This document shows positions 1 to 12,718 of a DNA stretch of 64,000 nt, in pieces (the first letter of the stretch is position 1; each line of letters begins with the position of its first letter). The translations under genes were made by a program, and so were the position numbers. This DNA is from Octopus sinensis (taxonomy: Eukaryota): positions 163,556,001 through 163,620,000 of the forward strand of contig NC_042998.1 of the NCBI RefSeq assembly GCF_006345805.1, in the 5' to 3' direction. A model generated the notes under the pieces. It was given only the letters and a program-made list of their open reading frames with translations, was not told the origin of the DNA and did no database searches.

Positions 1-749
1 GTGTATATATATATTGTGTATATGTGTGTGTATATATATATGTATCTATATCTGTGTGTATGTATATATATATATATATATATATAAATTTAAATGTGTG
101 TATATATCTAAGTATATATGTATGTATGTATGTGTGTGTGTATAGCCAAAGGACTTTTACATATATAAAAAAAAAAGTAGAAGTCATTTATGGCCTGGGC
201 AATTTGCATAATTTAAACAAACGAGCTAAGAGAAATAACCCCGAGTGGCCAGTAGCATATCTTTGAGCAAGATAGACAAATACAGGTTTATCAAATGCCA
301 TACAACTTAGAAGAATTCTTGAATCTTGGTACCATTTGGTAATTTTGACAGATCTTCTTGATGTTGAAAATCAGGAATTTACATATTTGATATACCTGTC
401 TGCATGTGTTCAGCCAAAAAGGAAAAATTTAAAGTATTCTAACAGAATTTTTTTTTTCTTTTCAAGAAATGTTTTAAAACCAAATTTTGTTGAGGAATCA
501 ATTAAATTTGTAATTATTTAATAACTATTCTCATAATTTTGACTTTGCCATGATTAAGAATATTTATCAAATTTATCCTTTTACTTATTACTTGCTTCAA
601 TCATAGGACTGCAGTTGTGCTGAGGAACCAGTTTGAAGGATTTTAGTTAAACAAATCAACCCCAGTACTTTCTTGTTTTTAAACCTGATATGTATTCTAT
701 CTGTCTCTTATGCTAGATTGCTAATGCTGTGAACAAACCAACACCATTT

Positions 750-1052
750 GTCAAGCAGTAGTGAGGGACAAACACAAAGACACACACACACATGCACACA
801 CATATATGTATATATGTATGTACAAAAGCACCCAGGCCAGTGCCATGTAAAAGCACCTATACTGGTGCCAGTACCACATAAAGGCACCCAGTACACTCTG
901 GTTGGCATTAGAAAGGGCATCCAGTCATAGAAATCATGCCAAGGCAGACAAATGGAGCCTGGGCTGCTCTCCAGCTGGCTGACTCCTGTTGTCAAACCAA
1001 CCAACCCATGCCAATATGGAGAATGGATGTTGAAAGATGATGATGATGATGA
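750..1052 (+). mobile_element. SINE 3' half joined to a 5'-truncated RTE 3' end with (GAT)n tail
   Basis: Contains the aaaagcaccc...gttggcattagaaagggcatccag...ccaacccatgcc block seen at the 3' end of the RTE at 16298-17755; ends in (GAT)n. Confidence 0.6.
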
Positions 1053-1389
1053 TATTTATATACAATGAGATTCTTTCAATTTCCATCTACCAGTTCCATT
1101 CACAAGGCCTTGGTTGGCCCGAGGCTATAGTAGTAAACACTTGCTCAAAGTGCCATGCTGTGAGACTAAACCTGCAACTATGTGGCTGGGAGGGGAACTT
1201 CTTACCACACAGCCACAGCCAAGAAATTTTCAGCATGATTTTCAAAATAGAGAAACTGTCTCAGGATGTTTTTCAAGACAGAAATGTTAAACGTTTCAAA
1301 GATAATACTTCAGAGGAGAACTACCTTGTCTTGTTTCATACCATCTCACCGTACTATATTAAGTTTTGACGTTGCTTGGTACAAAGCTG

Positions 1390-1560
1390 TCAGTAACATG
1401 TTTCTCTTAGAATGCACTGCAAATGTAATACTTCATAAGTTCAATAAAGGATACAGTGCTACTGAAGCAATGTAAAGTATTCAAGAGCTTTATGGCAGGA
1501 TATATTCTGTATCTGAGAAAACATATATATTTGACACTTCCAAATATTTTTGGGTGGTGA
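1390..1560 (+). mobile_element. Highly decayed mariner N-terminal (HTH) remnant
   Basis: ILHKFNKGYSATEAM*SIQELYG...VSEKT resembles the mariner N-terminal pattern; no TIRs found. Confidence 0.3.
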
Positions 1561-2435
1561 CAGCAGTTTCGCATATGTGCTAGTTTGCATCTGATAATGA
1601 TTTAGTGTAAAGCTCATTTAACAAGCATTGTTCCATATACGACAACAAAACTGCTACAATCCATTTCATCCACACATCAAGATTTGCAACTACTCTGTAA
1701 AGTGTCTAATTTCAGAAACTGTGTGCTCGCTAGAATGTCAAGCAATAATCAGAGAGAACATATAAATATTTGCAAGGTTGATGGCTTGTAATAAAACTGG
1801 GTAATCATTGTAATGCTAAGCATTGTAACCAATAGGTATGTGCTAGAAAATCAGTAAAAGCTATTGTCAAAAGCAAGTCTTCACTCTAAGAAATGTTTTT
1901 TCCTTTTTCATTTATTAGTATCTCACTACATAAACCTGGTCATATAAATTTCAGCTATAACAACTATCTAATCACTAATGAGATCTCTAACGAGAGAGCT
2001 TTTATATTGTCATTAGACCTACTAAAATTAGCAGCCAAATTTCCTTGTATCACATGCTATCACTTTAGTAAAGGACTCTTTGTATAATGTAGTCAAGATT
2101 ACACTGTACCTCAATAAGACATGGTTGGGATGCTCATATTTGGAATGCCTTTGATTAATCTGAACTATGCTAGGGCTAACAATAATTGTCAGCAGCTTGA
2201 CTTACTTGGTTCTGTAGAAAGACTGACCATCCTTTTAGGTTAACTGGAAAAAATTGTGCTGTACAAGAAAAAAATGCACATCTTCATGCTACTCAGATTA
2301 TTCCGCAAACTGTGGGGGCACTCACATATATATGGAAAATCTCTTCATTATCTTCTGATTTTCATCTCTTAGAATATTCTCCTAGATTTTTATTTATTTA
2401 TTCAAAAACCAACTAGATTATCTAACTAAAAAATA

Positions 2436-3002
2436 CTGGGTTGTCTGGAAAGTTTGTGCCGATTTTTAAAGGAAAGAAATTTGATCAATAAATACTTACC
2501 ATTACATTTTTAATCAACCAAATATGAACCATTTTGTTGCACAATGCATCTCCATCTTTTCTTTAACTTGAAAATACCCTCTTCCCAGAATTGAGGTGGT
2601 TTCATGGCAAAGAATTCATCAAGGTATCTTTTTACGTCATCCAAGGAATTGAAATTTTTACCATTAAGACTATTCTGCAGAGACCTGAATAAGTGGAAAT
2701 CCAAAGGAGCAATATCTGGGGAATATGGAGGATGGGGTAACACACCCTAGCCGAGCTGCAGCAATTTTCATCTGGTTCCCAAAGCATCAAGTGCTGAAAA
2801 TGAACTTTCTTATCTTCCATTTTAAAGGGTTACAGAATTAACACAGGTTATAGGAACATAAACCTTCTTCCACGAAAAGTTAGCTTAAACTGTGCTCTAA
2901 ATGGAGGTATAATCAAATCCTATTTTATGGACTCAACCATGTTCTAAAATAAGTTGAAAGGTAAGCTATTATAAATCAACACAAACTTTCCAGACAACCC
3001 AA
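2436..3002 (-). mobile_element. Internally deleted mariner (D,D34D-type) element with both TIRs
   Basis: TA-flanked TIRs ctgggttgtctggaaagtttgtgccgattt and aaatcaacacaaactttccagacaacccaa. ORF 2510-2743 gives the mariner C-terminus PHPPYSPDIAPLDFHLFRSLQNSL...NGSYLVD. Confidence 0.9.
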
Positions 3003-3903
3003 TACTTTATTTTTTCTAGTTAATGTAAAACTAACTTTCATCATAAGCACCAGTCTGAGGTAGATCAGAGCAGCATGCCAACTGATAAAGCTTGACTCAT
3101 GCATCTGTCTCTAGACAGGTAACTGCATTATCAGTTACACAAGAGATCACTTTAGTTCCTTACACAGGTGCTCAGTACTCAATCAACACATGGTCTAGTC
3201 CTATCAATGGTCATGTTCCTCTCTCAAATTAGCGCTTATAATGTCTAATATCTTTTATATTAGAACCCTTGCAGTGAATTCATAACTTTAACCATTTGTG
3301 CCATTTTCTTTCCAAACAATGTGAAATTTTTAAACATGGGAAAATGGGAAAACTCAAGTCATAAACTATCATTAATAGACACCATGCTTTCTGGCATGCA
3401 AGTCGATGTGTTATATAATATGAACATGTGTAAACATTCAAATACTGTCAGTCTTTCCAAATCTTCTGCATTTCACATGGAACTTTTGGTTCTCTAAAGT
3501 CCACCTACCTTTTTTTTTTTTTTTTTTTTAGCTGTAAACCTTCGCCTGAAAATTCAACTTATTCGCTAGAAAATATGATATCAAAAACACAGCTGAGATT
3601 AAAACACAGGTTATTAAGGAAATCTCTATAGATTTTCTATAGAAAGTATAGCCAGTACTAATTTTGTTACTTTCCATATCTGAGATACCTAATGTAAACA
3701 ACAATGGGGTCAAAGATGAAAAATAGGTAATGGACATATATGCCATATTTCGGGAGTTTTGCTCCTTCATCAGCATCCATCCAACCCATTAACCATCCAT
3801 AAAATCATTGCTTAAATAGCCACTAAATATAGCTGTATAGTGTTATTGAATGTACCAATTTTACAAATTAAACCCATTCTTGGAAGCTGGTATGTAAATA
3901 TTA

Positions 3904-4358
3904 TATATTTCTTTATTGCCCACAGGGGGCTTAACCCTTTCATTATCGTATTTATTTTGAGATGTTCTGTGTTTCTTTCAATTACTTTAAATATAACAAA
4001 GAATTTAGTAAAATAACTTAGTTATCATTGAGCTAGTGTTAGGAGCATATATTGTGACTAAGATTTGGTGGAAGATTTGAATTCAAAACTTATGAAAACA
4101 AGACATTTGTACTCAGAGCCAGAGCTGGTTTCAGCCAGGTTAGTAACGAAAGGGTTAACATAGAGGGGATAAACAAGGACGAACAAAGGCATTAAGTCAA
4201 TTACATTGACCCCAGTGCGTAACTGGTACTTATTTAATCGACCCCAAAAGGATGAAAGGCAAGTCGACCTCAGCGGAATGTGAACTCAGAACATATCGGC
4301 AGGCGAAATACCGCTAAGCATTTCATCCGGCGTGCTAACGATTCTGCCAGCTTGCCAT
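3904..4358 (-). mobile_element. tRNA-derived SINE (family B here) with 16-bp target-site duplication
   Basis: Exact direct repeat tggtatgtaaatatta at 3888-3903 and 4359-4374. The head reads ggcaagctggcagaatcgttagcacgccgg on the minus strand. Confidence 0.85.
3935..4154. mobile_element. piggyBac-like MITE (TTAA target, CCCTTT...AAAGGG ends)
   Basis: TTAA at 3931-3934 and 4155-4158; terminal cccttt/aaaggg; second copy at 11304-11580. Confidence 0.85.
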
Positions 4359-4944
4359 TGGTATGTAAATATTAATGACTTGAAATATGGCATATCTGCT
4401 CATTACCTATTTTTCATCTTCAATCTCATTGTTGTTTACATTAGGCATCTTGGATACAAAACACCATAATGAAATCAGTACTGGCTATAATTTCTAGAGA
4501 AAATTAGTAGGGATAACCTTGTGCTGCAATAGCACTGCTAACACAGTAGAACACGGTACTGACTTATAAAAAATGTTTAATATACTTTGTAGTATATTAT
4601 GGTAGTATAACAAAGTATGGTGTCCTTACAGGTTGTGTTTTGAAGAATGTTTTCATGGTCCACTATTTTTATATAAAAATAGCATTAAGCACAGGTAAGG
4701 CTGTGAAGTTCTTTTTGCAATCATATGGTTTTGAGTGCAGCACCTTGGGTAAGTGTTTTCTGCTATTACCCTAGGCTGACCAATTCCTTGTGAATGAATT
4801 TGATAACTGGAAACAATGAGAGGCCTGTTGTGTGTGTGTAAATATATATGCTTAGTTTATGGAGTTGAGTGCTACTCTAGTTCTTCAAGTATAGTTTATG
4901 AAGTTGAAAAGCAAATGTAAATAAACAATGTTTTCTCATTGTAG

Positions 4945-5076
4945 GAATCTTGAGCAAGCAGTTCATCATGTTCATAAGAGAGCAAGACCAAAGGACCTCC
5001 AGCAAGAAGACAGTGATGCAGTTTGGAATGAACTTGCATATTTCAAACTTCAAAATAAGAATTTGATGTGGGAACG
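4945..5076 (+). CDS. CNTLN: Internal coding exon of a centlein-like centrosomal coiled-coil protein
   Basis: Acceptor ttttctcattgtag and donor cg|gtaag. 132 nt, phase 2-2. Translates NLEQAVHHVHKRARPKDLQQEDSDAVWNELAYFKLQNKNLMWER, matching the vertebrate centlein motif QQLRQEDSDAVWNELAYFKRENQEL as recalled from memory. Confidence 0.88.
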
Positions 5077-5144
5077 GTAAGAAATTTTTCTACATATGTG
5101 CTGTTAAGAAGTGTTTTTTGGCTGTAATTAATCATCACGGCATG

Positions 5145-5430
5145 GCACTGTGGGCAAGTGTCTTCTATTATAGTTTTGGGCCACTAAAACCATGTGAGTG
5201 GATTTGATAAACAGAAACTGAAAGAAGCCTGTCGTGTGTGTATTTGTTAGTGTTTGTTGGTGTCTGTGTTTGTTCCCCACCATCTCATGGTGTGTTTACA
5301 TACCTGTAACTTAGTGGTTTGGTAAAAGTGGCCAAAAGAAAAAGTACCAGGCTTTACAAAATGAATACTGAGGTCAACACATTCAACTGAAAATTCTTCA
5401 AGGTGGTGCCCCAGCATGGCCGCAGTCTAT
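5145..5430 (+). mobile_element. SINE family A copy (5'-truncated)
   Basis: Shares ggcactgtgggcaagtgtcttcta...gaaagaagcc...ggtgccccagcatggccgcagtc with the copy at 51484-51860. Confidence 0.75.
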
Positions 5431-5457
5431 GCATGCATATATATATATATATATATC

Positions 5458-5790
5458 GTTACCTGCATTGCCTTACTGGTACTTGTGCTGATGGCACGCG
5501 GAAAGACATTCGAGCGAGGTCATTGCTAGTGCTGCTGGACTGGCTCCTGTGCAGGTGGCACATGAAAAGCACCATTTGAGCGTGGCCATTGCCAGTACTG
5601 CCTGACTGGCCCTCATACCGGTGGCACGTAAAAGCACCCACTACACTCTCGAAGTGGTTGGCGTTAGAAAGGGCATCCAGCTGTAGAAACTCTGCCAGAT
5701 CAGATTGGAGCCTGGTGCAGCCATCAGTCAAATTGTCCAACCCATGCTAGCATGGAAAGCAGACGTTTAAACGATGATGATGATGATGAT
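5458..5790 (+). mobile_element. 5'-truncated RTE 3' UTR with about 60-bp tandem units and (GAT)n tail
   Basis: Repeated ggtggcacrtraaaagcacc units, then the block matching 17580-17755. Confidence 0.8.
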
Positions 5791-7640
5791 ATATATATAT
5801 ACACACACACACATACACACAGGCTTCTTATAGTTTCCAGCTACCAAATCCACTCACAAGGCTTTGGTTGTCTCAGGGCTATAGTAAAAGACTCTTGCCT
5901 GAGATGCAATATAGTGGGATTGAACTCACGATTACATGCATATATATATCTATACACACACACACACACACACATAAAGTCTTCTTTCAGTTTCCATCTA
6001 CCAAATCCACTCGCAAGGTTTTGGTTGTCTTGTGGCTATAGTAAAATACACTTGCCTGAGGTGCCATGCCATGGAATTGAACCCAAGACCACATGGCTCA
6101 AAGCATGTTTCTTAACCACACTACCACACCTACACCTCTTGCCACACCTGCGTCTCTAAATGCTGAAACTGATCATGCTGTAATTTTATTTTTAAACTCA
6201 AAGTATTCAAAAATAGTTCTAATTTCCAATTTCTTGATAATATTATACATTATTTTCTAAATAGATTATTAAGTCTAGTAGCTTACCCTAAGTTCCTGCT
6301 TAAGAAAAGAAATACATAGCTCTTTTTCTCCTTCCCTTTCTCATTAACTGTCTGTCTATCTATCTATCTATATATCACCATTTTGTGTACTTGCTTCTTA
6401 AAATAAATAAATATTATAAAAATAAAACAAAGCAAAAAGAAAAGAACAAACAGTAAAATTAGTTATTTAGATTTTAGGAGAAATATTTTGTTTTAAAAGC
6501 TAAAATGCTCTCAAGTTTTAAATGCAATTTTACACATTTTCTGCAATTAGTAAATATGTATATTAGCTCATTTATTTATTTTTATTTTTCTAATTTAATT
6601 ATTGGTTTGTTACTGATATTTAAATGTGTAATTTAGTATTTAACAGATAATTAGTTTTCTGGCAATCAAAATAGAAGTAAAAAAACACTAAACAAAAATT
6701 TGTATGTCAAGTGGATGAATCGACTCATTGCATATTTACCACTTATTATCCACGAAGATCCAAAATATTGCTAGTTTTAATTAGTCATAAAATTAAATAT
6801 ATAGACACCGCAATTATGCGTATTTTCATTTTTCATTTTTCTGCTTTTTTAATTTCGTGTTTTATTTCTTTCTTCTTATATATTTTTTGCTATAACTGAT
6901 GTGAAGATGTGGTGAGCTTATCTTAGTTTCAGGTCCTTATTCTGTAGAGCTGCGTGTGTTAACCCTGACTAGGGTTTCATATAAAGGGTGGAATCAGCAT
7001 AGAAAGTTAATGTAAACCTAAAAACAATAAAAGATTCTTTTAATCTTTTAACCCTCGGTCAACCAATGCCTTATGAGGGAATTTAATAGACAGAAACTAT
7101 GTGGAAGCCTGTTGTCTTCCTCCTCATCATTTAGATTCCGTTTTCCATGCCGGCATGGGTTGGACACTTTAACAATAGCTAGCAAGCAGGAGGGTTATGC
7201 CAAGCTCTTTTGCCTGTTTTGGCATAGTTTCTATAGGTGAATGTCCTTCCTAATGCCAACTATTTTACAGTATGTACTGGGTACATTAGTGCTGGTGGTG
7301 TCACCTAGTGCTTTGCAAGATAGGACAAAGTTGTGTGAATATATATATATATATATATAAAAAAGTCAAGGTAGTAAACCCACTAGAGTAAACAAGAGAG
7401 ACAGAGACAGGCAGAAACAAAGAAAATGCCCCTTGTATTTGAATACTATGCAAATATTCTTTTAAAAAAACTTTCCATTTAATTTTTCCAAAATTTAATT
7501 GTTTTCCATGCTTACAGTTGAAGAAATCTAATGTTTTTTATAATGTTATTTTAGCATTTTCTACCTTGACTTTTTTTCAATATATATATATCAACTCGTG
7601 TGTTCTTTTTCAACCTTCTATACACACACACACACACACA

Positions 7641-7683
<43 letters not shown>

Positions 7684-8683
7684 AATATGTCCTTTAAGTT
7701 CATTTATGGGAAACATTTTGAATATGCATTTAAAAGCTCCTGTTCTATTATGCCAGTTACAGCCTAATGATGCCATTTGGCAGTACCAGTTTTTTGGGGT
7801 TTGTACTGAGCTATGCCAATATAATGTAGGATAAAATAAAAATGATAATCCTTGGATGGAATTTTTAAATATTTTAATGCATTACTACATTTGTTTCCAT
7901 GAACCACATGTTTCCTAAGATCAAAGAAATGAATGCATGAACATGATATACCTGAAGTCCATGGATACTGCTGACTACACTGTAAACATCTCAGGAATAC
8001 AGACTATGATCTTAAAAAACATATGAACTGTGGAAACACACATAGCAATGCATTAAAATACTTATACATTTCATCCAATATATATATATATATAGATAGA
8101 TAGATAGATAGATATATTTATGTATGTATATATGTGTGTGTGTCTTTGTATTTCTCCCCTTCCCTATTCACTCATTCATGTTCACCCACATTCATTTATT
8201 GATTCTCATTCGCATTTTTTCTTCCACATTCAGATATTGATAATCACTTTCTCACATTCGTTTGTTCATATTTGCTCATTCACTGACATGCTTTCACATA
8301 TTTACCTAATCCCTTTCTTCTGCTCGTGCACAGCCACTAAACTACTCGTTCACATAACTTTCTCTTTCTCTCACACATGCACACATGTTAATCCATGCAT
8401 CTTCTCTACTCACTATTCCTAGGAGGGTTTTGGCAGTAGAGACTCATGAGAGTGTTCGGGCACCTCCTCCATTGATTCCTATCAGAAACAACCGTCATTA
8501 GACTTTCCAACACACAACATTATGTTAAGCATGAATTTCATTTAGAAGAGCAGCAGATGATGTTTTTCAAATGACATTGAATCACTAATCTCAAATGTTT
8601 CAATAAAATAATTATATAGAGAATAGGAAATATTTAAAATTTCGAAAATGTTTTGGTTTTCTTTAATCTATTTTCAGTTTTGT

Positions 8684-8935
8684 GGAGGCTCGTGGCTTAG
8701 TGGTTAGGGTGTCAGCATCATGATCATAAGATTGTGGTTTTCATTCTTGGACCGGGTGACGCGTTGTGTTCTTGAGCAAAACACATCATTTCACGTTGCT
8801 CCAGTCCACTCAGCTGACAAAAATGAGTAACGCTGCGATGGACTGGTGTCCTGTCCAGCTGGGAACACATACACCATAAAAACCGGGAAACCGGCCCTGT
8901 GAGCTTGGCTAGGCTTTAAAAGGGTGCATTTTATT
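8684..8935 (+). mobile_element. tRNA-derived SINE (family C here, V-SINE-like body)
   Basis: Pol III A-box-like tggcttagtgg; body gcgttgtgttcttgagcaaaacac...ctgcgatggactggtgtcctgtccag. Related copy at 37630-37900. Confidence 0.65.
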
Positions 8936-9002
8936 TTTATTATTTTCAGTTTTATTTTATAAATATTCCATGAAAATTAAGATTTGAATTTAATGATTAC
9001 AG

Positions 9003-9274
9003 TCTTTCTTTTATTCTTTTACTTGTGTCAGTCATTTGAGTGCAGCCATACTGGACACTGCCTTTTCGTTGAAGAAATCAACCCCAGGACTTATTCTTTG
9101 TAAGCCTGGTACTTATTCTATCAGTCACTTTTTGTCGAATCATTAAGTTATGGGGATGTAAGCACATCAACATTGGTTGTAAAGTGATGGCTAGAGGAAC
9201 AAACACAGACACAAAGACACACACTCACAAACACACACTCACACACACACACATGCACACACACATGCACACAC

Positions 9275-9307
<33 letters not shown>

Positions 9308-9468
9308 CCACGAGCTTCTTTCAGTTTTCTCTACCAAATCCACTCACAGGGCTTTGGTTGACCTGAGGCTATATTAGAATACACTTGCCCAAGGTGCCAC
9401 GCAGTGGGATTGAACCCAGAGCCATGTGGTTGGGAAGCAAGCTTCTTACCACACAGCCACACCTGTAC
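9003..9468 (-). mobile_element. SINE family A, near full length
   Basis: Reverse complement of the family A head, body and tail, with an internal (CA)/(TA) microsatellite. Other minus-strand copies at about 590-770, 1065-1220, 5815-6140, 23590-24070, 24860-25040, 49705-50065 and 61235-61590. Confidence 0.8.
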
Positions 9469-9599
9469 TTATATAACATGTGTATATGATACATATATAA
9501 TACAAAACCACATCAGAATACAAATCTAAAACCAAAGACAACACAAACATGAGCAAAAAAAAGAAAAAGAGGAAGAAAGAAGAAAAGACATCAGTTCAG

Positions 9600-9850
9600 C
9601 AGTAAGTGCATCAATTGGTCACACACAACAAGGTTCAATGGAACCTACTGAAGCAAGGCAACATGTTGACAGCATTATCAAGGTGATGGCAAGGGTAAGG
9701 CGTTGGAGCAGCCAAGCACCCTCACAGGCGTCACTTGAGACTTTGGTAAGACAAACCATGAACAATGATAAGAACTTCACTGTTAGTGGCCCAGCTTCTC
9801 CAAACATCTCAAATGCTACAGACTGGAAGAAACAGTTCACTGACAAGTCC
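9600..9850 (-). mobile_element. 3' fragment of an RLE-type (CRE/R2-group) non-LTR retrotransposon
   Basis: ORF 9619-9846 FFQSVAFEMFGEAGPLTVKFL...VSSDACEGAWLLQRLTLAI resembles the C-terminal F-P-A-ET-G...FL...SGD-RE--WL-QRLSLA pattern of restriction-like-endonuclease LINEs. Confidence 0.5.
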
Positions 9851-10443
9851 TAATAACACACACACACAAACACACACACGGAAACATACACTACACTTAG
9901 ACAGAGAAATGTACATACATGTGCACACACACACATATGCACACATGTACATACATACACAGAAGAACAACTATATCCTCATTATTAAAACTAGATACTA
10001 TTTTGCGATATGTGTAATGGAAATTCAATAGTAGATGTGACCAAATCAAAGATCAATAAACAGAACTAATCCTACTATTTCAAAGAATTTGTTTTTAAAA
10101 TTCAATTTTCAGTTTGAACAGCCACTTTCCTTTTTTCTTTACACAATTATTTTTGAAATTTATTTAATATTTTCCAAACATTATCAACATTTTACTGTAT
10201 ATTTCATGCTATTTTAAGTTGCTCTTTGCTGCATATGTTTTTAGTATTTCTTAATTTCTTGAAGCATGAATGTTCTGCAAGACAGCTTTGATGAAAAATA
10301 TTGCCTTTTTGATTGTCTAACATTAAATTGTTGCTTCCCCATCCCCAATCCACCTTCCATATACAATCTTTCATGTTTTTGTCTTTATTTCTGTAAGTTA
10401 CCACTCCTGAATTGCAAATACTTCTGTCTGTCTGTCTTCATAT

Positions 10444-10838
10444 AGGCAATGGTATAGTTGTGTGGTAAGAAGTTTGTTTCCTAATCACATGGTTTTGGAT
10501 TCATCCCCACTGTGTAGTACCTGGGGCAACTATCTTTTACTATAGTTTCAGGCCAACCAAAACCTTGGGAGTGGATTTGGTAGGCATTAATTGAAAGAAG
10601 CCTATTGTATATATTTTCCCATGTGCTTACATGCATGTGTGTCTGTGTCTGTCCCCTACCAATTCTTGATAACCAGTGTTGGTGTGTTTATAACCTTGTA
10701 ACTTAACAGTTTGGCAAAAGAGACCAATAGAATAAGGTTTATAAAAATAAATACTGGGTTCAATTCATTCGACTATAAATTCTTCGAGGTGGTGCCCCAG
10801 CATAGCCACAGTCTAATGACTGAAACAAGTAAAAGGTA
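10444..10838 (+). mobile_element. SINE family A, diverged full-length copy
   Basis: Head gtgtggtaagaagtttgtttcc...; tail ggtgccccagcatagccacagtctaatgactgaaacaagtaaaag. Confidence 0.75.
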
Positions 10839-11148
10839 AAAGATATACATTTATATATAAATACACTCACACACACACATACACACACACGAGGCATTGG
10901 TCAATCCAGGGTTATGGTAGAAAGACACTAACCCAAGTTGCCATGCATAGGATTTGAATTCAAAACCATATTTAGTTGCAAAGTGAGCTTCTTAATCATG
11001 TGGCCATGCACTTCAAAACTTCCATGCTTCCTGAGATTCGCTAACACTACACTTGATTTTCTCCCCTCCATGCACACGCAAGCATGTATCTGACTCACAC
11101 ACTTTTCACTTCCCAGACATTTGGACATTAATGCATATGCTTTATACC

Positions 11149-11200
11149 CACTTTTGACAAGTTGTGGTGCACCTGAGCACTGTATACAATAATTTCATCA
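11149..11200 (+). mobile_element. Short 3' stub of the LINE family at 56038-59390
   Basis: cacttttgacaagttgtggtgcacctgagcactgtatacaata matches the reverse complement of 56066-56108. Confidence 0.65.
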
Positions 11201-11303
11201 TCATCATCACCATTATTATTATCATCATCCTTGTCATCATCATTTAACATCCATTTCCATGCTGGCATGCATTGGATAGTTTGATAGGAGCTGGCCAGCT
11301 TAA

Positions 11304-11580
11304 CCCTTTTGTTACTGTATATATTTTGAGATGCTCTGTGTTTCTTTCAATTACTTTAAACAAAAAAAAAAAATGGCAGTGCCCCAGCATGGCCACAGCT
11401 CATGAGCTGAAACTAGAATCAATCAATCAATCATAACAAAGAATTTAGTAAAATAACTTAGTTATCATTAAGCTAGAGTTAGGAACATAAATTGTGACTA
11501 AGGTTTGGTGGAAGATTTTAATTCAAAACTTATGAAAACAAGATATTTGTACTAAAGAGCCAGAGTTAGTAATAAAAGGG
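11304..11580. mobile_element. Second piggyBac-like MITE copy carrying a 72-bp LINE 3' stub at 11361-11432
   Basis: Collinear with 3935-4154 except for the insert caaaaaaaaaaaatggcagtgccccagcatggccacagctcatgagctgaaactagaatcaatcaatcaatc. Confidence 0.8.
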
Positions 11581-12006
11581 TCTGTTTTAGCATGGTTTCT
11601 ACAACTGGATGCCCTTCCTAACATCAACAACTTTACAGAGTGTACTGGGTGCTTTTACGCAGCACCGGCATGGATGCTTTTTATGTGGCACATTAGGGAT
11701 GCTCAGCTGGAAAGGGTTGCAGTGAACAAGCTTGTTTGCAAGGGCAACCATGCCTTTACTTAGCTTGTGAGTGGGTGTGTATGTGTGTGTATAAATTGAG
11801 AATTGAAAATAAAAACAGCAAAACAACAAAGGTCAAAAGGACATACAAATGGAATGTATGAGGTTGACACTCAGAATACGATGGAAAACAGAGTGGATGT
11901 ATAATGTCTAGAACATAGCTCTTTGTCAGAAAGAGAAGAAAGGAAAGGTTCTGAGAGAAGGAAAGAAGTCCAAGAAAAGCACATGTGGTTACATGACTGA
12001 AGTGGG

Positions 12007-12044
<38 letters not shown>

Positions 12045-12663
12045 AATGTTTTGTAAATAGTCAAATAAAATATCTGTTTATTCATTTGTCTTCTGTCTCT
12101 GTTTTTCTCTACCTGTCTATCCATCTATGTCTACACACCCGTCTAGTTGTCTGTCTGTAGTCTGTATAGATTTTATTATTCATCTATCTGTCAGTCTATT
12201 TATGTATCTTTACCAATTTTCCCTCAGATGCATTTTGCAAAAGACAAAAAAAAAAATGCAAAAAGAAAAGTAAAAGAAAAAAATCCTGTTGGATATTTAG
12301 GGGCAAGGACTAAATGCAATATACATGGTTTTCTAATTAACACTAAATGTCCTCGTAATGCTGAAATATAAAAGACTTCATAGATTTTGCTAAGATCTGA
12401 GCAGCTAACAACAACACAGATCCACAGGTAGTTATCAGGAAATTGATATTTATTCAAAATGTTCTCGTTATTATTTCTTACATATGTTGCACTTCCATTT
12501 TTGCATTTACTTTCTGTTTGTAGTTTTCCTTTTTTTCCCTCCCTCATTTTTTTTTTTTTGCATTGTCAATAATGCTGTAGAGCAACTAAAGCTGATAATA
12601 GAATTTTTAACTGGCAGGCATTGCTACGCTGGCCTTTTAATAGTTTGTTGTGTTTTCATAGGT

Positions 12664-12718
<55 letters not shown>

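Larger units (their letters stand above)
3595..4515. mobile_element. Outer long-inverted-repeat (foldback/MITE-like) element hosting nested insertions
   Basis: About 3605-3755 is an imperfect reverse complement of about 4380-4512 (gaaatatggcatat...attacctatttttcatc...gttgtttacattagg...agtactggctata). Confidence 0.6.

Noticed and set aside
336-521. Possible upstream centlein exon (DLLDVENQEF...)
   Set aside because: No convincing donor in a phase matching the phase-2 start of the exon at 4945, and no resemblance to centlein.
3528-3776. 82-aa ORF resembling a two-helix membrane protein
   Set aside because: Largely overlaps one arm of an inverted repeat whose partner has indels; an in-frame stop lies just upstream; no family recognised.
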